From Andalucia godoyi And28 (taxonomy: Eukaryota; Protista; Jakobida): a stretch of DNA of 64,000 nucleotides. Under the pieces are notes generated by a model. The model saw only the letters and a program-made list of their open reading frames with translations. It was not told the DNA's origin and did no database searches. Of this stretch, positions 10,243 through 19,813 are shown in pieces; the first letter of the stretch is position 1, and every line of letters starts with the position of its first letter. The stretch covers positions 103,459-167,458 of the forward strand of contig VRVR01000061.1 of the NCBI GenBank assembly GCA_009859145.1, in the 5' to 3' direction. The position numbers and the translations under genes are program-made.

Positions 10243-12420
10243 TCAGGAACGGAAAATGGCCATTTGCGATGCCGTTGCATAGGACTCGCCCACAAAATTG
10301 GTGACGCTCCAGAACTTTTCAATCAAGACATGCAAGTGCGTGTCGGACACCTCTTCTCGTAGCCGCTTCCAACGACCTCTCAAATTCAGCGCAAGATCAA
10401 TGACACTCACTTGCTTTCCAGGATTTGAGGAGTCCTTTCTGAGCCCCCTTCCCAGCTGCTGAACAAACACGATTTCAGAATCGGTCTGTCTTGCCAAGAT
10501 AATGCAATCCACTCCAGGAACATCAAAGCCTTCGTTGATCATTTGGACCGAAACAAGGATGCGGATTCGCCCGGACACAAATTGCCGGAACACATCCATC
10601 GCATCCCTGACTTGGTAATGGGCCACTCCGCAGGAAATTCTGTTGGACGCAAACAGCCGTCCGCAGTGATTGGCGACTTCAATAGATGGCGCAAAGACAA
10701 GGACGCTATGCTTGGGTTCCAGACCCGAAATCAATCTGGAGTGCTCAAAATCGAGAAAAGCACACACAATCCGGTTTGCCACCGCGCTGGCGTGCGCATC
10801 CCTTGCAGCCACGTTCATCTTTCGAGAAGGGCCCTTCGGAGGTGCATAGTCTGCAAATTCTGGTCGCTTCCACAGTTCGGCATTTGAGGAGTCCAAGGAT
10901 TTCAAAAAGTCCTGCACGGTAATTTTGCGGGACAGCAGAGGGTTGACCAGCTGACCGTACGTTGGGATGTCGCGGCCATCTCGTGCATCCAGCAGCGGCA
11001 AGAATTCGAGATACTCGACAGGGGGAAAGTATCCCAGATCCTTTGCGATGTTCCATGGCAAGTCGACGTACACAACACCAGCAAACAGAGAGCGCAGCCT
11101 TTCTCCGCGGGGATCTTCTCGATGGAACAACGTTGCGGTCATTCCAAGCATGTACTTCAGGCTGGGACTGGAAGCAAGTGTATCATAAACACGCCGGTAA
11201 GTCGTTGCCATGACGTGATGCACTTCGTCCATCACAACATGAGACACACGTCCTACAAACGATGCAGGAAGTCTATCGAACGACTGAAACAAACAAAACA
11301 CAAACTGGACTTCTTCCAAATTCAAACCTGCAGACGCCGAAGCCGAAGCCGAAGCCGAAGCCGAAGCCGAAGCCGCAGCCGACGCCGTAGACGACCCTTC
11401 CATGAGCATGAACGCCCGTTCTGGATATCCCAGCCTAGTAAAATGATGCTTGAACTTTGCAAACGCAGCATCGCGAATGGCTCTCGTGTGCACAAGAAAC
11501 AGAAACGCAAAAGGATGGACGTCGGTTCGGGAATTTTCCGCTCTTTGGGCCTCATCGCCTTCATTTAACAACTCTTTATCACCATCGCCGTCATCGTCGT
11601 CATCGTCACCTCTGCTATCGCCGTCTTTCGTTGCTCTGCGTTTTTGCTTGCTCTTCTCCGCAATTACTTCTGATGCAAGGGGTTCTTCAGCACACGAATC
11701 TTCGTTTCCGGGATGATCCAGAATCCATGAAGTAAGCTGGTCAACGGTTGCCAACGGTCCCAGTGCCAATGCAGCCTGGTGTGCGTCAGCAGTACCAAAA
11801 CCGATGTTCACAAGCTGTGCCAGAACAGCATCGGTGATTCCAGACTTTGAGACCTTTTCCTTCCTGCGAATGGTGGTTGATTCCGCAGCATGCTTCCTTT
11901 GCCGTTTCTCTGCCATCCTGGATGACATTAGCTGATTTTTCCCAACGGAAAGAACAGCCGGCATTGCAAATTCGGGATCATCAAGAGAAGTTCGCAGGGA
12001 TTCAATAGACTGTTGGATGTCAAGGACGGAAAGCACTGTTTTCCCGCATGCCGTCGCCATCACAAGTAGTCCAGTGGAATGCTGCACACGCAGACGAACA
12101 TGCTGCATGTGCTGGAGCAGCTTCTCCTGGAGCTTCGAAGGCTGAAACAGACCCGAGGCAGACGCAGGAGGAAATGAAGGGTCAGTCCCTTGCAAGTCTT
12201 CTAGAGACAAGGCGTATTGCGAGTCTTCGCTTGCCACCGTCTTCACGTCGTCACCAGCCGTAGTTTCGAGCTCGAAATCCGCTGACAGCGGAATGTACGA
12301 CAGCTGGCGCTTCCTGTACAGGTCTTTCCGGACGACTCCCTGCACGATGCGCTCGACATCATTGACGGAAATGGAGTCCTGTAACAGTCGATCGAGTATT
12401 TTCTGAACAGCTCGATTCAT
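10243..12420 (-). CDS. SF2 helicase, ResIII/UvrB/YejH(RadD)/IRC3-like, with inserted UBA domain
   Basis: Motif I MATACGKT, II DEVHH, III MTAT, V NEGFDVP, VI QQLGRGLRK; UBA-like DAVLAQLVNIGFG..AHQAALA..DQLTSWILDH between motifs I and Ia. Confidence 0.85.
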   Translation of the reverse strand: MNRAVQKILDRLLQDSISVNDVERIVQGVVRKDLYRKRQLSYIPLSADFELETTAGDDVKTVASEDSQYALSLEDLQGTDPSFPPASASGLFQPSKLQEKLLQHMQHVRLRVQHSTGLLVMATACGKTVLSVLDIQQSIESLRTSLDDPEFAMPAVLSVGKNQLMSSRMAEKRQRKHAAESTTIRRKEKVSKSGITDAVLAQLVNIGFGTADAHQAALALGPLATVDQLTSWILDHPGNEDSCAEEPLASEVIAEKSKQKRRATKDGDSRGDDDDDDGDGDKELLNEGDEAQRAENSRTDVHPFAFLFLVHTRAIRDAAFAKFKHHFTRLGYPERAFMLMEGSSTASAAASASASASASASASAGLNLEEVQFVFCLFQSFDRLPASFVGRVSHVVMDEVHHVMATTYRRVYDTLASSPSLKYMLGMTATLFHREDPRGERLRSLFAGVVYVDLPWNIAKDLGYFPPVEYLEFLPLLDARDGRDIPTYGQLVNPLLSRKITVQDFLKSLDSSNAELWKRPEFADYAPPKGPSRKMNVAARDAHASAVANRIVCAFLDFEHSRLISGLEPKHSVLVFAPSIEVANHCGRLFASNRISCGVAHYQVRDAMDVFRQFVSGRIRILVSVQMINEGFDVPGVDCIILARQTDSEIVFVQQLGRGLRKDSSNPGKQVSVIDLALNLRGRWKRLREEVSDTHLHVLIEKFWSVTNFVGESYATASQMAIFRS

Positions 12421-12920
12421 GCCTCCATTCTATGCGCACCAAGTCATCGCTTCCTTTTATTGTCAATGCCCCCTGGTAATGTGCTCTTTGTATATTTAGA
12501 AAAAGAAAAAAAAATAATAAAAAATTCAATTTGAATGTGAGTGAGGAATGAGCTTTAACGGTGCCTTTGAGGTTTTTCCGGTGGCCTCAAGTTGCGTTTT
12601 GTATTGTGCGCTAGGGCTAGCTAGGGTTGCTTCAAGTCCAGGGAATTTTCCTTTATTCAAATTTTCAATAGGTTTTTATGTATGTTTTATTCTGCATTTA
12701 TTTTAATTACTATTACTGATTATTATTATAATATTATTTTTGGCATTGTGTTGTTGTGATTGCTATTGCACGACGCCGCACACATTGTATATACGGAGAT
12801 TTTTTTAGCATCGTCTCTGGAGCCGCTCGCGATTGATAGAGCCGCTCGTGTGCGACGTGTGAGTTTTCCTTCTTTTCCTTCTTTCTTTTCTCCTTCTAAT
12901 TGGTGATTCGATAGTCGGAA

Positions 12921-14939
12921 ATGGCGGAAATGGACGATTTGGATCTTGGGGATCTTGATTTTACGTCGACTTCGCTGAGCACGCTTGAGACGGACTTGGC
13001 GTCTTTTGACCAGAACGAGTTGGTGTCGCGCGCGCTATCGGAAGGCCGTGATTTGAGAAAGTATGCGTCTGAGATTGAAGATGAAATGCATGAATTGGAG
13101 ATTGCGAGTGTGGACGACTATGTTGCGGTGTCGGACCACATTGACAAGTTGCACACGCACATCTCGTTATGCGACTCTGTGCTGCAGCGGATGGAGAATG
13201 TGCTGGGAAAGTTTCAATCGGATCTCGGCTCCATCAGCGACGAGATCCAAGTGCTGCAAGATCGCGCACTGATGATGTCGATTCAGATGAAGAACAGACA
13301 GCACATTGGATCGCAACTATCGCAGCTTACAGAGCAGCTTGTGATTCGTCCGGAACTTGTCAGAGCGATAGTAGAAGAGGAAGTGGATGACCGGTATCTC
13401 GATGCGCTGATTGAATTGGACAGGAAACACGTGTTTTTCTGTACGGATCTCGTGGAACATTCAAAATCTGTGTCGGATCTGCAGCCTGAACTGGACAAGC
13501 TTATCGCGAAGGCGTGTGCAAAGGTACGGGACTTTCTGGTTGCACGAATTGTTGCGCTGAAGAAGCCGCGGACGAATATCCAAATGCATCAGCTCAGCAC
13601 GCTTCTCAAGTACAAGTTTTTTGTCGAGTTCGTGCACAGACATCGCAGAGAAGATTGCTATGCGGACATTGTGGCCACGTACGCAGAGGTAATGTCCAAG
13701 GTGTATTCTCATAATTTCAAGACATACTGGACTGCGCTGATTAAGCTCAAGGCGAAAAATGCCGCAGTTGCACTCTCGATGTCGGATCTCGAAGGAAAAC
13801 TGAAGATGATCGATGATGAGGAAACGCCACCCATTGTGCCGCCAACCGGCCAGTCGCTTTTTGGATCTGGGACCTCGTCGAGTAGCGCACTTCCTTTTGA
13901 AGTGCTGTACAAGTCCGCGCATGCATTGCTCGTGGACACTGTCACCTCCGAGTATTTGTTTCAGTGGGAGTTTCTCGCAAAGGATGTGCAAACAGACGCG
14001 GTATTTTTGCCGTCATTTGAGATTTTTGACACCTTTTTAACCGCTCATTTGCAGACCACAGTTTCCAATGACATTTTGAGCGTGTGCATGCTCATCAGAA
14101 TTGTGCACATGGTGCAGCGTGTGATGCAAAAACGACGGGTCCCCGCACTCGATCCGTATTGCGACCGGACCTTGGTGCTGCTATGGCCGCGTTTCAAGAT
14201 TCTCTGCGGAGGGTTTGTCGACAAACTGAAATCAACGTCTGACGCTTCCATGAACACACCCAGGAGCTATGCCAATTTGGTCTATGCGATCTCGAGCACC
14301 GTGCTGCATTTTCCGAACGAAGATACCGAGCCTGCATGGGCCGATACGGTGCGCATGACGCTTGCTGAGCTTCGCCTTGCCATCACCACTGCTCTTGAAA
14401 AGATCGGTTCGTCGATGAATCCCTTCCAGCGAAACGTGTTCAACATCAATGCATGGGCACTGTGTGTGGATGCCCGCACTGGTGAGCCGTCGATTGATGA
14501 TTTCCATGCTCGGTGTTTGGCCCGGTACATGGACGAATACGTTGGTCGCGAACTGAAGGTGCAGGTACCGTTTCTCGTTCGGTTGTTTACCAACTCCGCA
14601 AATGCTGCTAGTGATCGAGGCTCTGACGGTGCGCCATCAAGTCCAAAGCTGGACAACGGTTCCATATCGTCGGAGGACATCGAGGCTGCAGTTCGAGAGT
14701 TTGGCAATGTGTGGAAGGAAAAGCTGGCCAAGATCCACGAGGATGTGTTGCGCTCCTTTACCGACTTCAAGAACGGAGTGGAAGTTCTGAAGCTCTGTTT
14801 TACGCAGCTGCTCTTGTACTATGGCAGATGCATCTCTCACATCAGTGATCGACCAGAACTGAAGCATCTCAAGAAGGAGATTGTCAGTCAACAAGTCATG
14901 CTGTACGAAGCACGGAAGTATGCACAAGATTTTGAGTAA
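12921..14939 (+). CDS. VPS52: GARP/EARP complex subunit VPS52
   Basis: DLRKYASEIEDEM..SVDDYV..LHTHISLCDSVLQRMENVLGKFQSDLGSISDEIQVLQ..MSIQMKNR; LLWPRFK; FTQLLLYY. Confidence 0.92.
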   Translation: MAEMDDLDLGDLDFTSTSLSTLETDLASFDQNELVSRALSEGRDLRKYASEIEDEMHELEIASVDDYVAVSDHIDKLHTHISLCDSVLQRMENVLGKFQSDLGSISDEIQVLQDRALMMSIQMKNRQHIGSQLSQLTEQLVIRPELVRAIVEEEVDDRYLDALIELDRKHVFFCTDLVEHSKSVSDLQPELDKLIAKACAKVRDFLVARIVALKKPRTNIQMHQLSTLLKYKFFVEFVHRHRREDCYADIVATYAEVMSKVYSHNFKTYWTALIKLKAKNAAVALSMSDLEGKLKMIDDEETPPIVPPTGQSLFGSGTSSSSALPFEVLYKSAHALLVDTVTSEYLFQWEFLAKDVQTDAVFLPSFEIFDTFLTAHLQTTVSNDILSVCMLIRIVHMVQRVMQKRRVPALDPYCDRTLVLLWPRFKILCGGFVDKLKSTSDASMNTPRSYANLVYAISSTVLHFPNEDTEPAWADTVRMTLAELRLAITTALEKIGSSMNPFQRNVFNINAWALCVDARTGEPSIDDFHARCLARYMDEYVGRELKVQVPFLVRLFTNSANAASDRGSDGAPSSPKLDNGSISSEDIEAAVREFGNVWKEKLAKIHEDVLRSFTDFKNGVEVLKLCFTQLLLYYGRCISHISDRPELKHLKKEIVSQQVMLYEARKYAQDFE

Positions 14940-15051
14940 AACCAACCAGCACCCGGATCCCCACCCATGTCCCAGCCTTTTCGTTTCTGTTCATCCATTC
15001 TTGTGCTGTGCTGTGCGGGGTTTCCCCTTGACTCCCAGCCACCCAGAAGGC

Positions 15052-16386
15052 CTATTCAAACATGTCGACCATATCTTGCTGAAGTTGCTCCACATCGACA
15101 CGAGTGACAAGCCGTACATGCCTTCGGTGAAGCGGCTCCATGTTTCCAAAGTATGCAACCGTCATGCCTCGCGTGAGCGAACCGTCAACCTCCACATCCA
15201 TCCTGCACACTTTGGAATTCTGCACTGCACAGCGGGAACTTGCGCTCGATTTTGCGCTCGGCGAACGACTATCGACATCCCGGCCAGCATGCACCATGAC
15301 CGCCATGGGATCGCAAATCACGTACCCGTGGTCCTTCAGCGTCTTTTCGTCTCGCGCGGCAGATGCATCTCCACATTCTTTGCGAAGTAGTGCATCTTGC
15401 AGCGCAGCCAGATGCTCCAAGACTAAGTTTGCAGTGGTTGGCTCATTCACGATTCGCAAAAACTCCTTTGCTCTCCTCTTCCGCTCCGCCGCTTCCGTCT
15501 CCGCTTCCGTCTCCGTCTCTGTCTTTGCCTGCATCTGCGCGGGACCACTGTCCGTCTTCATGAGCGTGGAAAAGTACCAGTCAAACGAAACTGCCTGGTC
15601 AACACACACTTCCCACGGAAGTACATACAATCGTTTTTCATCGAGTTTGCGATCCACGGCATGGTGATCGAGGTTCCGATTTTCCAGCTGCGCAAGCATT
15701 TCGGTAGCATACTCTTCGTACATTTCCAAGTGCCGAGTCATGAGCAGCTTTGCGGCCTCGGGATCTGCAGCGACATTGAACTCCTGCACCGGCCCCACAT
15801 TCCCCGCTTGTTTGTACGTGCCGCCCATCATGGTAACCTTAGCGATGCGCGCCAGAAAGCGAGGATCGCGATCGATCGCAGCAGCAATGCTTGTGCACGG
15901 TCCCAGAATGACCAGCTCAAGCTCGCCTTCATATGCAATGCTCAGCTCAATCAACTGCGCAATCCCGTCCTTTGCAGATTCTCCCGGCGCGTCTCCTGCG
16001 CCATTCGGCACGGGAGAAACCGGCGCGATGCACAGTGTCCGCTCGCGCTGATTTCCAATCCCATCTGCCCCAAAGTACGTTCCAGGCGCAAGATGCACAG
16101 CGCCCGTAGCAGACCCGTTCCGAAGCCTGGTTCCCTCACAGCCCCTCATGACCAATGGCCGCGGCGCAGGCCAGCACGCACTGACAAATCGTCGGAGCGT
16201 GTCCATGATGTTGTCGACCGTGGTGTTGCCGATGGTTCCAACAAGCCCCACAACCGCCAACCGGCACCGGCTGGCGTACAGCAATGCCAGCTGCAGCGCA
16301 AACAGATCGTCCGTTCCGGGATCCGTGTCGATCACGACCTTGCGGCCTGCGCTTACAGAACCCCGCGGAAGCTCCATATTATACAT
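15052..16386 (-). CDS. Inosine/uridine-preferring nucleoside hydrolase (IUNH family)
   Basis: N-terminal IDTDPGTDD metal-binding motif, GNVGPVQEFNVAADPEAA, ICDPMAV, DVEVDGSLTRGMTV. Confidence 0.9.
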   Translation of the reverse strand: MYNMELPRGSVSAGRKVVIDTDPGTDDLFALQLALLYASRCRLAVVGLVGTIGNTTVDNIMDTLRRFVSACWPAPRPLVMRGCEGTRLRNGSATGAVHLAPGTYFGADGIGNQRERTLCIAPVSPVPNGAGDAPGESAKDGIAQLIELSIAYEGELELVILGPCTSIAAAIDRDPRFLARIAKVTMMGGTYKQAGNVGPVQEFNVAADPEAAKLLMTRHLEMYEEYATEMLAQLENRNLDHHAVDRKLDEKRLYVLPWEVCVDQAVSFDWYFSTLMKTDSGPAQMQAKTETETEAETEAAERKRRAKEFLRIVNEPTTANLVLEHLAALQDALLRKECGDASAARDEKTLKDHGYVICDPMAVMVHAGRDVDSRSPSAKSSASSRCAVQNSKVCRMDVEVDGSLTRGMTVAYFGNMEPLHRRHVRLVTRVDVEQLQQDMVDMFE

Positions 16387-16530
16387 GTCTATGTATCTGT
16401 TAAAAGTCGAGCAGCCGTTATCTGTCTTATAGTGCTATGTTCCGATGCTTCGCCAAAGGACACGACAGCCGGACGCAGTCTGGGGTTTCGTCCGCGATAC
16501 TTCAATCCCCCATAGGCCGTTGCATAATAA

Positions 16531-17074
16531 CACGTCATTGTCATGCATACGGAAGGAAGCATGCATAAACAGACACGGTCGATACTGGCCGACACTAGCA
16601 CGTTTGCTTCACAGGGAATTCGTGCTTACGCACGCTCGGCCAAAATGCAGACGGTGGCACAGGCTCCGCATTTTCGACACTCTTTAACGCAGCATCCGTA
16701 GCCATCTATTCTATCATTCGTTGGTTTCGCGTTTTTATTCAAAATATGGGCGTGGGTGCGCTGGGACGACGCATTCGCCTACGCCTACGCCGCTCGATAC
16801 AGGGCCTCCTAGGTCCCGCAGACCTCCTAAGAGAGCACGTGTCACTACGCCTGCTGCTAGGGCCGTCAGAATCAAAATGCACCCTTCTCAGGAACAACGT
16901 GCCACGCTGAGAAGGTGGCTCACCGATTGATCGAGATTGGGAACGAGCGCGGAGCATCTATCTGAAGCACGCCGAGAGGCGTGTTGGGGGCCTATCCCCT
17001 TCCCGGCAGCGGGATGCAAGACTGAATATGCATGTCCATTTGTAGATATGCTTGTTGAGTGTATAATGTAGGCG
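16531..17074 (+). mobile_element. Non-autonomous (ghost) Fanzor/TnpB-like element, most like IS607-derived Fanzor2
   Basis: N-terminal HTH_OrfB_IS605-type motif RAVRIKMHPSQEQRATLRRW fused directly to C-terminal (I)DRDW-N-AR-SIYLK; near-identical copy at 47185-47554; conserved 3' hairpin and right end GAGTGTATAATGTAGGCG. Confidence 0.8.
16975..17074 (+). ncRNA. Putative omegaRNA scaffold (3' part)
   Basis: Imperfect stem ACTGAATATGCATGTCCA / TAGATATGCTTGTTGAGT closing TTTG, homologous to hairpins at 1501-1536 and 47499-47540; overlaps the end of the Fanzor-like reading frame as TnpB/Fanzor omegaRNAs do. Confidence 0.5.
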
Positions 17075-17137
17075 TACTTAAGAACACTGCAGTTTTTGAA
17101 ACAAGAAGAGTATCGCAAACCCCCGAGTTTATAGCAA

Positions 17138-17209
17138 GCTCCGATCGTATAGTGGTCATTACTTCACGTTGTGGCCGTGAAAACGCAGGTTCGATTCCTG
17201 CTCGGAGCA
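17138..17209 (+). tRNA. tRNA-His (GUG)
   Basis: Cloverleaf: acceptor GCTCCGA/TCGGAGC, D-loop AGTGG, anticodon stem TCACG/CGTGA around TTGTGGC, T-arm GCAGG-TTCGATT-CCTGC. Confidence 0.95.
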
Positions 17210-17219
17210 CTTGCGAACC

Positions 17220-17228
17220 TTTTTTTTT
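17220..17228 (+). terminator. RNA polymerase III terminator (T9)
   Basis: Run of nine T, 10 nt after the tRNA-His 3' end. Confidence 0.75.
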
Positions 17229-17490
17229 GGTTTTTTGTTTTATGCCCGCTGGTTCATGGTGGTTCATGGAACCATCAAGTTTGATGCTAGACCAACCAAT
17301 CGAGATGGTCGTTTGATGTTTTCTCTCTCTGTTTGGGAATCTCTCATTTCCCTGCACTCCTTTTGCCATTTTTTCCCACCTGGATTCTTCAGTGTTTTTT
17401 TGTTTTAACAAACTTACAAAGTACACGAGGACGTAGTAACAGGAGTTTGCACCCAGCTGCAAAGTTAAAAAGTCAGAAGAAGGAGAGGAA

Positions 17491-17943
17491 ATGGAAGCGA
17501 CAAACCAGTATTTGTCTCAGCACCGCATTCCCGATTTGTTGTCGTTGCTTCTTCAACGGCTCCTAGTGTCGCGGCCATCAAACCCATCAGGATTCCTTAT
17601 TGAGGAACTGCGGGCGGTTCAAAAGTCCGGTTCGTCCTCGGAGTACTTTACGACGGCGGACCTGGATGCGATTTTCGACATGGTGGACGTGACGCACAAG
17701 GGGACGATCTCGCGAGTGGAGACGGTCCGAGCGCTCGTCAATCTGCAGATCCGAGCCTGCTATGCCGCCACAAACGCCCCGCACGCAGCCGGGAGCAGCA
17801 TGCAGCTACAGTCGTATCTGTCCAAGGAGGACATTGAGAAACTCGTTCCGCAGTCACTGAGCACCGGGTTTTCAAAGGAGCAGTTCAGGAAGATCGCCCA
17901 CCCGCTGCTGCATGACCAGATTCTCGTCGCCAACCACTCCTAA
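17491..17943 (+). CDS. EFCAB10-like protein (RIIa/DPY30-type dimerisation-docking domain plus EF hand)
   Basis: YLSQHRIPDLLSLLLQRLLVSRPSNPSGFLIEEL followed by FTTADLDAIFDMVDVTHKGTIS. Confidence 0.7.
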   Translation: MEATNQYLSQHRIPDLLSLLLQRLLVSRPSNPSGFLIEELRAVQKSGSSSEYFTTADLDAIFDMVDVTHKGTISRVETVRALVNLQIRACYAATNAPHAAGSSMQLQSYLSKEDIEKLVPQSLSTGFSKEQFRKIAHPLLHDQILVANHS

Positions 17944-18139
17944 TCTAACGGTACTTTGCCCAAGTCCCGCGCTGTTCCGTGCGCAAGTATCAAATAAAAA
18001 GCAGTTATTCGAGAGTATCCAAATTTTGTCCCGGTAATGTTCTGTGTTACGTATGCGTACACGAACGTGCAAAATGTGTTACAGCAACGTGGCTGCGGTG
18101 GAACGGTTGCTAACCTGCTAGAGGCGACTGGTTTTCTTT

Positions 18140-18850
18140 TTATTGGATCGTGCACGCGCCCGTGAGGCCACCTGTGATGGCGAGCCCAAGGCCTCCGCTC
18201 GCATCGACAATTGCGTTTCTGAGAAGCACCAGAACCGCCAGTGCGACCACTTCATCCACGTCCGCAGCCGCGTCCACGTTCAGTCGGTCTGCAACAGGCA
18301 CCGAGTCGCCAATCTCGATAATCCATAAATCCTCCAGTGAAAGCAACCGTGCAGCTCCGCCGTTGTCTCGGACAATCCTCGCCACACGCACAGACCCATG
18401 CTCATCCTCAGTCTCATGGCTATGGAGGACGGCTCGCGAAATGTGCGCAGTGGAGGGCGAGGATGCATCGTTGTAGCAAATGGTGTAGCGCGTTCGGGGC
18501 GGCGATGTACCGCTCAGCTCCACGGCTACGAGATCTCTCGACGACACAAGACCGCCCCAGGATTTCTTACGTGGGTCTGGATCCGGCATCACTTCGACAA
18601 CAGCACCGCCAGACGGCTGCTCATACGCAAATCGCACATCAGCCATGAATCCCGGCGTCTTGGTCTCCGAGTACGTTGCAACCACTCCGGCCGCGCTTCG
18701 CTGTTGCTGTTGCAGCTGCTGGCAACGCACCAGCGACCCGCATGAGATGCCATCGGAGCATTCATACAGCGGCTCCGTTGCGCTTTCCGAGTCGTACACT
18801 CTTGCAGTATACTTCCACATCACGTGCCTCACTTTCACCCACAACTTCAT
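18140..18850 (-). CDS. Possible LURP-one/scramblase/tubby C-terminal-like beta-barrel protein
   Basis: Beta-rich pattern ending in a hydrophobic helix (EVVALAVLVLL); start MKLWVK at 18850; family guess only. Confidence 0.4.
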   Translation of the reverse strand: MKLWVKVRHVMWKYTARVYDSESATEPLYECSDGISCGSLVRCQQLQQQQRSAAGVVATYSETKTPGFMADVRFAYEQPSGGAVVEVMPDPDPRKKSWGGLVSSRDLVAVELSGTSPPRTRYTICYNDASSPSTAHISRAVLHSHETEDEHGSVRVARIVRDNGGAARLLSLEDLWIIEIGDSVPVADRLNVDAAADVDEVVALAVLVLLRNAIVDASGGLGLAITGGLTGACTIQ

Positions 18851-19185
18851 CCTCTGCTGCTGTTCTCTGCGCAACCAAAATACACCCCGTTCCGTGGCTG
18901 CCAGCACAAAACGACAGCTTAACAAGCCACGCGAAGACTGGAGACCACCGACTGCAGACCGCCGACTGCAGAACCTACGTATCCGATTCGGATCCCGCTG
19001 GTCCTTGTTGAACTTCGCAAAGTGAAATCTGTTTTGCGGGCTCGTTGCTTCTTCTTCTCAAAATACATGTTTATTTATTGAAAAGAAAAGAATTTGAGTA
19101 ATACCAAGAAGAAGAATCCCGTTGTTTTGTGTTTAGCATCCGTCGTGTTTTTCTTCTTCCGTGCGTTTCAAGTGGGTCGACGGCG

Positions 19186-19653
19186 ATGGCGATTGCAGAG
19201 TCTCCGTTGAGAAAGGGCGAGCTGGAGAAGCTGGTCCACGAGGGCCGGCTGTCAGAGTCCGAGTACTCTGCATTGGCAAAATACCGATGGAACACATGGA
19301 AAGCCGGGATGATTGGCTGTGGGTCTGGACTCGCGATCGGGACACTCGGCAACTGGATCCTTGCACAGTCCGTCCACTCTCCCACTCCCACTCCCGCTCC
19401 CGCTCTCACTTCCTCCTCTTTCGCGTACCGGTACTCGTCGGTGCTGTCACGAATCCCCTACAGACCGACATGGATGGTGCCGATCATCGCGGGGTCCGCT
19501 GTCCTTGGTGCGTATCTTGGTGGAGTTCGCCAGGCCGCACGAACCCCTCCACCGACGCTCCACATTCTGCCTACTTCGCCACCACCGAACGCAGTCGTGC
19601 AGCAGAACACCTCTTTGCGTTCCGCTTGGGATCTCCGAGATTCCAAATCGTAA
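19186..19653 (+). CDS. Small protein with two Gly-rich predicted TM helices
   Basis: AGMIGCGSGLAIGTLG and PIIAGSAVLGAYLGG hydrophobic segments; ATG at 19186. Confidence 0.5.
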   Translation: MAIAESPLRKGELEKLVHEGRLSESEYSALAKYRWNTWKAGMIGCGSGLAIGTLGNWILAQSVHSPTPTPAPALTSSSFAYRYSSVLSRIPYRPTWMVPIIAGSAVLGAYLGGVRQAARTPPPTLHILPTSPPPNAVVQQNTSLRSAWDLRDSKS

Positions 19654-19813
19654 CTACTTCACTAGCCTACGACCTTCATATAACCTCGTAATTCTAACCA
19701 ATATAAAAAAGAAGTAATGCTTACACACACAAACAGGGATTTTTTGCGAAGCAGTTGGTTTATTAGTATCGTTGTTGTCATTTGATTGTTGTTGTCTTCG
19801 TCGTTGGTGCAGT

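Noticed and set aside
16531-16745. Remnant of an IS607 serine recombinase (TnpA) in the left part of the ghost element
   Set aside because: Only weak hints (IRAYAR in one frame, KEA..G...TLAR in another); too short to support without a profile search.
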